Shown: positions 1 through 8,422 of the stretch, in pieces
Position numbering within the stretch: position 1 is the stretch's first letter
Layout of the letters: every line of letters starts with the position of its first letter
Assembly (NCBI GenBank): GCA_038858525.1
Contig: JAWCFL010000004.1
Location: forward strand, 30,001 to 62,000
From: Candidatus Jordarchaeales archaeon
GTDB taxonomy: Archaea > Asgardarchaeota > Jordiarchaeia > Jordiarchaeales > Freyrarchaeaceae
DNA: 32,000 nt
Reading direction: 5' to 3'
The notes under the pieces: generated by a model
Seen by the model: the letters and a program-made list of their open reading frames with translations, nothing else
Told to the model about the DNA's origin: nothing
Databases searched by the model: none
Program-made: the position numbers and the translations under genes

Positions 1-349
1 TTGGGGGTGCCCTCGAGGCGCTTGCCGGCTTATCTATTGCAGGCGCCATTGCCGGCGTCCTCGCCGTTACAGTCGGTGCTGATCTTATCTCGTGCTCAGG
101 GGCATATTCTCTTTCGGGTGACTGTAACGGAGAAGCCGATGGTAACGGTGGGGGCGAGCTTGCCTTAGCTTCTAAAATGCTTATTTTTCTTTCAAGGGAC
201 CTTATTTCGTTGTCCAACTGGTTTATTCTGTCTTCAAGCAGACCTACCGCGTTAAGTATTATACCTATGAGTCCCGTCACTATTTCAGCTAACTGCTTAA
301 GCTTTTTACTTTCCCCAAAATCTATCATAAACTCTATGTCGTCGCTCAA
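1..349 (-). CDS. Partial CDS (C-terminus runs off window): N-terminal coiled coil followed by Pro/Ala/Ser-rich linker; not in the ORF track
   Basis: Manual translation from TTG 349: MSDDIEFMIDFGESKKLKQLAEIVTGLIGIILNAVGLLEDRINQLDNEIRSLERKISILEAKASSPPPLPSASP..., open to base 1. SD-like AAAGGAGA lies about 10 nt upstream; alternative ATG at 328. Confidence 0.8.
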   Translation of the reverse strand, partial: MSDDIEFMIDFGESKKLKQLAEIVTGLIGIILNAVGLLEDRINQLDNEIRSLERKISILEAKASSPPPLPSASPLQSPEREYAPEHEIRSAPTVTARTPAMAPAIDKPASASRAPP

Positions 350-452
350 CAGGCACCGTCTCCTTTAAAACCCAAAGATACCCTTCCCCCCATAACTAAT
401 AAAGTTTTTCGGAAAAGTAAGCATTCTGGGTCCTGAGGATGGGGGTGTAAGC

Positions 453-1832
453 TTGGCATCCATGGTGTATCTACCTTATGGTGGCGCTCAAGTTAGGCTT
501 ACAATTCCATATCCGGCATTAGAACTCAAAGTTGATCCTCTGAGAGGCACAGATGACCCCGACGGACAAATTAAAGCAGCGCTCCAAACCCCCCTCGGAA
601 TGGAACCATTATACAGCCTCGCTAAAAGAGGGAGTAAGGTCGCCATCCTCATTGAGGGTTCTCAAGTTCCGGGAGGTTACAGAAGACGTGTTCTCAGTAT
701 ACTTTTGAGCGAGCTCCATAAAGCTGGCGTTAAGCGAGGAGACATTACGCTGGTTGTGGCTGCTGGACTTTACAAGAAGCCAAGCCGCAAAGAACTTATA
801 GATTTGATTGGCGGGGAGGTGCTTGAAGGTTATACGGTTGCCGTTCACGATTGCGAGGAAAGCCGCTTATTGGTGAGAGTTGGAGAAACACCTTTGGGAG
901 GGGCCTTGGAGGTTAATAAGTGGGTTGCCGAGTCAGACCTAGTAATAGTGATTTCTAAGGTTCTCCCATGGGGGGCATGGGGAGGATACAACTCCGGAGC
1001 CCGGACGTTGGTTCTTGACCTAACGTCGACTGAGACAGCCTCTCAGTTTTATGACCTGAATTTAGTCAGCAATCCTGCTTGCAATGGAGACCCAACTTTG
1101 AACCCTCTCCAAAAACTGTTCCATGAAACAGTCAGAACGATAGAGGAAGCTAAGGGCTCCCCCCTCTTCTTCATTGAAGTGGTTGCGAATATTAATGGTC
1201 ATCTCCTATCGGCAAAAGCAGGCTCACTGAAACCTGTTGAGAGCACTCTGTGGGCAGAGGCTGACAAGCAGTATGTGGCTCACGTTAAGGGGCGAAGCGA
1301 ACTTCTAGTATTAGGAGTACCCAGCGTGACGCTCTTAGGTGAATCCGCCAACAGCAGTATCACGTTACTTCACGCTGTGACTTTCGCTCTCAGAAACCAC
1401 CGTGTATCGCCTGTCATTCGGAGGGGCGGACTAATCCTTACCGCTGCAGAGTGCACAGCAACGAGAGCGAATCCGGTGGAAAACGAAGTTCTAAGGGCAC
1501 TCGTCAGGACAGGCTCTATAGAGGAACTAGCAGCTAAACAGGAAAGCCTAAAGAATCCAGCACTAATCAAGCTTTACAAGGATGGGCTAACCCCCCATCC
1601 GCTTCACCCCCTCTTCAGCCTATACACGTCAACATTCACTCTAGAACACATAGAAGAAATACTGGTGGTCGGTTGCAGGTCCAAGTTGGCAACAAAGGAG
1701 CTCAAAATCACCCCCTTAAACAAACCAGAAGACGCCCTAAAAAAGATTGAAAGCTATTTAGGATCAGACCCGGCAACCATAACCTCGCCGGAATACTTCA
1801 CAAAGGGACCCATCATACAACACGTGAAGTAA
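453..1832 (+). CDS. LarA/DUF2088 (nickel-pincer lactate racemase-like) family protein with degenerate active-site motifs
   Basis: N-terminal LPYG...PLG...KVAIL pattern and VVAAGL, VHDC, GETPLG..LEVNKWVAESDL motifs are typical of DUF2088. TTG start follows GGGGTG. Confidence 0.8.
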   Translation: MASMVYLPYGGAQVRLTIPYPALELKVDPLRGTDDPDGQIKAALQTPLGMEPLYSLAKRGSKVAILIEGSQVPGGYRRRVLSILLSELHKAGVKRGDITLVVAAGLYKKPSRKELIDLIGGEVLEGYTVAVHDCEESRLLVRVGETPLGGALEVNKWVAESDLVIVISKVLPWGAWGGYNSGARTLVLDLTSTETASQFYDLNLVSNPACNGDPTLNPLQKLFHETVRTIEEAKGSPLFFIEVVANINGHLLSAKAGSLKPVESTLWAEADKQYVAHVKGRSELLVLGVPSVTLLGESANSSITLLHAVTFALRNHRVSPVIRRGGLILTAAECTATRANPVENEVLRALVRTGSIEELAAKQESLKNPALIKLYKDGLTPHPLHPLFSLYTSTFTLEHIEEILVVGCRSKLATKELKITPLNKPEDALKKIESYLGSDPATITSPEYFTKGPIIQHVK

Positions 1833-1952
1833 TGAAAACTTGGTCATTTTTCTTGAATTTTTTATAATAACTAGGTTTTAATTTGGAAAGAAATTTAACT
1901 CCTTCGGCACTTTACCTTTTCTGAGGAAAAACTTTCTAGTAACAGAAGAGAG

Positions 1953-2480
1953 GTGGCGTTCTTGTGGTGGCTTAAAAAGAAAGAGAAAGGTGATGAAGCC
2001 GGCGAAAAACCCGTTACGCAGGAAGAATCGAAGGAATCCCAGCCTGAGTCCCCCAGTGTTGAAGCAAAGGAAGTGAAGAAAATAACTGTTGAGCCTGAAG
2101 TTGTCGGTAAAGGCATTCTAGTTGAATGGTTCAGGAGCAAGCTTGGGGAAAGCGAATTTCAAGAGGCTGAGAAGCGCCTAGAGACTTTAACCTTACAATT
2201 CCAGGTGGGCGGAACACCCTTCCACCTTTCAAAGGTTGGCGTCAGCCCATTCACGCTTAAGGAAGGAAGAGCTCTCTCATATGACGCTCTCATAGTCATC
2301 CCGGCAGAGCTTGAAGAAATATTAGCCTCAAGTGACACCATGACTTCCTTTTTGGAGAAATATAAAGAACACTTGAGGAAACCTCCACGCATAAGAGTTC
2401 AACTCATAAAGAGCCTTGAAGAGCTAGAAAGAAAGGGTGTTATGAGTAGCAAACTCGTAAGAGGACTGCTCGGCATCTGA
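1953..2480 (+). CDS. Hypothetical protein: charged low-complexity N-terminus plus possible SCP2 (sterol carrier)-like domain
   Basis: 175-aa ORF with SD GAGAGGTG. LQFQVGG..FHL...TLKEG...YDALIVIP resembles the SCP2 beta-strand pattern (by eye). Start could be TTG 1962. Confidence 0.55.
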   Translation: MAFLWWLKKKEKGDEAGEKPVTQEESKESQPESPSVEAKEVKKITVEPEVVGKGILVEWFRSKLGESEFQEAEKRLETLTLQFQVGGTPFHLSKVGVSPFTLKEGRALSYDALIVIPAELEEILASSDTMTSFLEKYKEHLRKPPRIRVQLIKSLEELERKGVMSSKLVRGLLGI

Positions 2481-2533
2481 CCGCGGCTGTTCGCTCACGG
2501 CAGTTTTTCAGCTTACTTTAACCTCTTTTTTGT

Positions 2534-4164
<1,631 letters not shown>

Positions 4165-4175
4165 AGTGAAACCCT

Positions 4176-5285
4176 TCACATTGTTTCTAGCGGTATTCTA
4201 ACTAGGCTTTTTCCTCCTTCCTCGTCGACCACCACGGTGTTTTCAATGCGTACTCCGCCAAACCTCGGTATATATACTGCGGGCTTTATGCTGAAAACCA
4301 TGCCAGCTCTGATAGGCTCATTGTTGTTCAGCGATATGACTGGCGGCTCCTCTATGCTAAGCCCTACGCCGCTCCCGGTAGGATATATGAAAAACTCCTC
4401 GTACCCTCCTTCCTTGATAACCTTTCTCGCAGCCTGGTCTACTTTGCTCAACTCCTCTCCAGGCTTGAGCTCCTTAACCGCGCTCAGGAAAGCACGTTTA
4501 ACTGTTTCGAAAATCTCTTTGTGTTTATCCTTTGGTTTTCCCGTATAAAGGGTCCTTGAAAGACGTGCGTAATAACCGTTGTAGTTTGCGCTCACAACCA
4601 CTGTAACTATCTCGTTTTCGCCTATCTTCTTACTGCTCGGTGACGCGTAAGGGTAAGCCGACCTTTCACCTGACACAACTTTGCTTTCTCCTTCCCCCTC
4701 CTGTGAACCTGCCATCATGAGAACTCCCTTAACTTCTGACGTTGCCTCTATTTCGGAAATACCAGGACTGATTAGTTCGAGCGCGGTTCTCAATCCCTTC
4801 TCAGCTATCTCCGCTGCCTTTCTTATGTTGTCTATCTCAGCTATGTCCTTGATGGATCTGAGTCTCCAGAGTGTGTCCGAAATATCCTTAAACCCCATCT
4901 TCGGCATCTCCCTCTTTAACCCCTCAAAGAAGGAAGCCTTAATATCTTGTAATTCCACCCCAACCCGCCTGTCAAGCATGTCCTTTTCCGCAAAGACCTC
5001 TCTTAACACATCAAAGATCCCCCTAGATTTTCCCCCCTCAATTTTCACGGGATACGTGCTGTAATATCTCACATCCTTAATCCAAGACGATTCAGCCGCC
5101 CTGTCAAACTCGTACCTCGGAACCACCAAGACCGGTTCACCGTCAAGGGGAATAAATAGCGCGCTATCCTCACCAAGTAATGGTTTAAGAAAACCAGCAA
5201 AGTAGTAAATGCTCTTGGGATTAAATAGAAGCAGAGCGTCAACTTCTGAAGCCCTCATGAGACCATAAGCCTTTTCTATTCTCAT
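4176..5285 (-). CDS. M24 (Xaa-Pro peptidase/creatinase fold) protein lacking most metal ligands
   Basis: Creatinase-N-like domain (IYYFAGF) plus pita-bread domain (LRSIKD..EI, G.GVGL, GGVRIE). Start is uncertain (5285, 5300 or 5324). Confidence 0.88.
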   Translation of the reverse strand: MRIEKAYGLMRASEVDALLLFNPKSIYYFAGFLKPLLGEDSALFIPLDGEPVLVVPRYEFDRAAESSWIKDVRYYSTYPVKIEGGKSRGIFDVLREVFAEKDMLDRRVGVELQDIKASFFEGLKREMPKMGFKDISDTLWRLRSIKDIAEIDNIRKAAEIAEKGLRTALELISPGISEIEATSEVKGVLMMAGSQEGEGESKVVSGERSAYPYASPSSKKIGENEIVTVVVSANYNGYYARLSRTLYTGKPKDKHKEIFETVKRAFLSAVKELKPGEELSKVDQAARKVIKEGGYEEFFIYPTGSGVGLSIEEPPVISLNNNEPIRAGMVFSIKPAVYIPRFGGVRIENTVVVDEEGGKSLVRIPLETM

Positions 5286-5478
5286 AGAAGCCCCAAGCAA
5301 AGACGCCACCCCAGCCACCGTCACGATACAAACAACTTATTAGTGCACAAAACATAAAAGCATTATTTGAATAGCCTCTTTTAATGTGGCCAACATAGCA
5401 AAGAGCAATATTACGAGGGTAACATCAACCTATATTTGCTTTTAACATAAATTACCCCCTGCCTCGGGGGGCAAATTT

Positions 5479-5973
5479 TTGAATGAAGTAGTGGTCTCCG
5501 TGAAAATACCCCGTGACGTCCTCATGTTCCTTGAAAAAGAGGTCAGTCGAGGGAAAAGGTCAGAGTTCATAAGGCAAGCCATAATAGAAAAGCTCGAAGG
5601 TAGATGTATTAAAGTGGAAAACAGCTTCCCCAGTAACGTCATTCTCAGCAGATTAGAGGAACTCGAGAAAAGGATCATACATTTGGAGAACGCTTTATCC
5701 TCCAAGAATTCTGGTAAAGATAACGCAGCTCACCCGCTTTACCAGCTTTGCAAAGATGAAAACGAGCGAAAAATAGTCGAATATATCCTTAGTGAAGGGG
5801 GGGCCACCACTCGCGAACTGGAAAAGGTGGTCGGCCTCAAGAGGAGACAGATCCTTAACAGGGTGAGGGAACTAGCATCAAGAGCTGAGAAACAACTAGG
5901 AAAACCCATGCTTGTCTACGTGCGGGCCCGCGTAAGAGGCAAGCGGCAGGCATGGTGGCTCAACAGCCCATAA
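5479..5973 (+). CDS. Putative transcription factor: N-terminal ribbon-helix-helix, coiled coil, C-terminal winged HTH
   Basis: VVSVKIP..V...L......RSEFIRQAI (RHH); LSRLEELEKRIIHLE (coiled coil); ERKIVEYI...GGATTRELEKVVGL.RRQILNRV (wHTH). Confidence 0.75.
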   Translation: MNEVVVSVKIPRDVLMFLEKEVSRGKRSEFIRQAIIEKLEGRCIKVENSFPSNVILSRLEELEKRIIHLENALSSKNSGKDNAAHPLYQLCKDENERKIVEYILSEGGATTRELEKVVGLKRRQILNRVRELASRAEKQLGKPMLVYVRARVRGKRQAWWLNSP

Positions 5974-6015
5974 CTGGTAAATTTTATTTGGCTCTTAATT
6001 CCACTTTTAATTGGC

Positions 6016-6143
6016 GGGTCTGTGGCCTAGCCAGGATATGCTATAAACGCCTAAAGGCGCCGGCCTCCGGAGGGGTGTCTCGAGGAAAGCCGGAAAGCGA
6101 GGGTTCAAATCCTAAAATGGTGAAACTCCCTCCAGACCCGCCA
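6016..6143 (+). tRNA. tRNA-Arg(CCG) with three introns (21/22: 6039-6054; 37/38: 6071-6087; 59/60: 6110-6126); CCA encoded
   Basis: Spliced 78-nt sequence: GGGTCTG TG GCCT AGCCAGGATA AGGC G CCGGC CT CCG GA GCCGG AAAGC GAGGG TTCAAAT CCCTC CAGACCC G CCA. All four stems pair. Each intron has a BHB or relaxed BHB; 59/60 is perfect (TTCA/TGAA). Confidence 0.93.
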
Positions 6144-6197
6144 ATTAATCCAAACTTTTAAGCTACGCTACGTTAACCTTCATGAGGTAATGTTTTA

Positions 6198-8090
6198 GTG
6201 GTGACAATAATGATCCTAACAGTTAAAGCGAAAATTGCAGATGCACTTTGGCATACGCTGAAAAAACTGGGCTTCTCAGTTTCGAGGGATGACGTATCGG
6301 AGCTACCTGAGCCCCCTGACCCTAGGCTAGGCGACATCTCCTCAGCTATTCCTCTTAAGCTTGCCCGCTCTCTGAAGCGTAAGCCGCTCGAAATAGCTCA
6401 GTCTATCGCTTTGAACTTTGAAAAGCCGGAGTTTGTTGAACGCGTCGAGGCCGCAGAGCCAGGATACGTAAATTTTTTCCTCGATAAGGTGAAGCTTGCA
6501 GGCGATGTTATAAGGACTGTTATGGAGGAAGGTGACCGGTACGGTTTCAGTAACGTAGGGGGAAAAAGAAAAGTTATTGTTGAGCATACCGCTGTCAATC
6601 CTACTAAACCATTACATATAGGTCATTTGAGGAATGCCGTCTTGGGTGACGTTGTCGCGAACCTATTAAGAGCTTGCGGCTGGAGGGTTGAAGTTCAGAA
6701 CTACATTGACGATCTGGGTCGCCAGATGGGTGTTTTAGTATGGGCTTTCCTAAACAACCTGCACCTAGAAGTTCCAAGAGAAAGAGACATGAAACTTGAC
6801 TTCTGGTATGGATTAGTATACGCCAAGGCTGCTCAGAAGCTTAAGGAGAACCCTGAACTGGAAGCTGAAGTGGATGAAGTTATGAAGCGAATGCTTAATG
6901 AAGATGAAGTGGCGCTCTTCAGCAGGAAACTCGCCGAGATGTGCGTAGAGTCAAACCTTGAAACCGCCGCTAGGGCAGGAATAACGTATGACCTGTTAGT
7001 TTGGGAGAGCGACATTTCAAAAGCCCACCTTTGGGAGCACGCCATGAATCTTCTCGAAAAATCAGAGCATTTCGTCTGGGAGACTGAAGGGGAATATAAA
7101 GGCTGCTTCGTTGCGAAGCTCAGTCACCTAGAAGAATTCAAGGACAAAAAGAACCCCGACAAGGTTCTCGTCAGATCCAATATGGTTCCAACATACGTGG
7201 CACACGACATAGCCTATCAGCTCTGGAAGTTCGGCATCCTTGAAACAGGCATGAAGTACCGCCCCTGGCATAGGCAGTTCAACGGGAAAGAACTCTGGAC
7301 AACTTCACCCATCCTCGCCACGCCCTCAAACAACTTCGCGAAAGCAGACGTCGTGATAAACGTCGTGGGGTATGAGCAAGAATACCTACAAAAAACGGTC
7401 AAAGTCTGCCTGAAGCTCCTAGGCCACTTGGAGCAAGCTGAAAACTCCATACATCTCTCATACAAACACGTTCAGCTCATGGGCGAAAAATTTTCTGGAA
7501 GAGAGGGAAACTGGGTGGGATACCACGCTGACGCCGTCATAAATCAGACCCTGCTGTGCGCATACGAGCAGGTAAGCAAAAACCTCCCTGAAGCATCAGA
7601 ACTCGAGAAGAGACAAATAGCGGAAATAGTGGCTGTGGGCGCTGTGAGATACTGGCTCACGAAGTTCAGCACAGAGCAAACAATAATATTCGACTATGGA
7701 AAAGTCACAAATTTCGACGGCGAAACCGGGCCGTACATACAATACGCGGCGGTGCGGGCGAAAAGCATACTTGAAAAAGCAGGAGAAACCCCCAGCCCGG
7801 AAATCAACCCAGAGAAACTCCTAGGTTCAAGAGAAATTGATCTCATTAAACACATAGCAAAGTTCCCTGAAGTGGTCCAAATATCAGCTAGGAACCTTAA
7901 ACCGAACATCCTAGCAGAATACACTTACCAGCTGGCAGTACGTTTCAACAAGTTCTACGAGGAATGCCCAGTTCTTACAGTCGACGATCCGGAGACCAGA
8001 AAAGCCCGCCTCGCCCTCGTACAGGCCGTTCTACAATCACTAAAGAACGCCATGAAAATACTCGGCATAGAAATACCGCCAAAAATGTAA
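6198..8090 (+). CDS. argS: Arginyl-tRNA synthetase
   Basis: NPTKPLHIGHLRNAVLGD (HIGH), GYVNF, NYIDDLGRQ, F.G.TGPYIQYA..RAKSIL and C-terminal DALR-type anticodon-binding domain. Confidence 0.97.
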   Translation: MVTIMILTVKAKIADALWHTLKKLGFSVSRDDVSELPEPPDPRLGDISSAIPLKLARSLKRKPLEIAQSIALNFEKPEFVERVEAAEPGYVNFFLDKVKLAGDVIRTVMEEGDRYGFSNVGGKRKVIVEHTAVNPTKPLHIGHLRNAVLGDVVANLLRACGWRVEVQNYIDDLGRQMGVLVWAFLNNLHLEVPRERDMKLDFWYGLVYAKAAQKLKENPELEAEVDEVMKRMLNEDEVALFSRKLAEMCVESNLETAARAGITYDLLVWESDISKAHLWEHAMNLLEKSEHFVWETEGEYKGCFVAKLSHLEEFKDKKNPDKVLVRSNMVPTYVAHDIAYQLWKFGILETGMKYRPWHRQFNGKELWTTSPILATPSNNFAKADVVINVVGYEQEYLQKTVKVCLKLLGHLEQAENSIHLSYKHVQLMGEKFSGREGNWVGYHADAVINQTLLCAYEQVSKNLPEASELEKRQIAEIVAVGAVRYWLTKFSTEQTIIFDYGKVTNFDGETGPYIQYAAVRAKSILEKAGETPSPEINPEKLLGSREIDLIKHIAKFPEVVQISARNLKPNILAEYTYQLAVRFNKFYEECPVLTVDDPETRKARLALVQAVLQSLKNAMKILGIEIPPKM

Positions 8091-8130
8091 TGTAAAAAGG
8101 TAATCATCTAAGTTTGGTGGGCGTTGTCAA

Positions 8131-8144
8131 AGAAAAGTTTAATA
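8131..8144 (+). promoter_or_regulatory. BRE/TATA promoter of tRNA-Arg(GCG)
   Basis: AGAAAAG-TTTAATA; the TATA box at 8138-8144 is centred about 28 nt upstream of G1 (8169). Confidence 0.6.
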
Positions 8145-8168
8145 CACCTGCTTTCTGTTTCTAAAAAT

Positions 8169-8337
8169 GGGCCCCTCGCCCAGCTAGGATACTCAAAGCC
8201 TGACAGGGCGCCAACATTTAAGTGGCGCACGCCTGCGGTGGCTTCAGCGCAGAGAGCTGGTGGTCGCAGGGCGGAGGACTTCTCCTCCCGGCTAAGGGTT
8301 CAAATGGGGGTTCCCAGGGCAGATCCCGCGGGGCCCG
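8169..8337 (+). tRNA. tRNA-Arg(GCG) with five introns (20a/21: 8191-8204; 29/30: 8214-8230; 37/38: 8239-8254; 50/51: 8268-8295; 58/59: 8304-8322); CCA not encoded
   Basis: Spliced 75-nt sequence: GGGCCCC TC GCCC AGCTAGGATA GGGC G CCAGC CT GCG GA GCTGG TGGTC GCGGG TTCAAAT CCCGC GGGGCCC G. All stems are fully paired and each junction has a 4-bp BHB central helix. C9 is atypical. Confidence 0.9.
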
Positions 8338-8422
8338 TTAACTCTCTTATAAGCTCTTTTTGAGATTTACAGGAACTGAAAGCATTAGACATATATCTCA
8401 GAGCTCTGAGGAGGCGCTTTTC

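Noticed and set aside
177-368. 63-aa + strand ORF
   Set aside because: Antisense shadow of the SD-supported minus-strand CDS 349..1.
5952-6161. 69-aa ORF in the track
   Set aside because: Overlaps the tRNA-Arg(CCG) gene and has no protein-like features; spurious.
8124-8363. 79-aa ORF in the track
   Set aside because: Lies over the five-intron tRNA-Arg(GCG) and its promoter; spurious.
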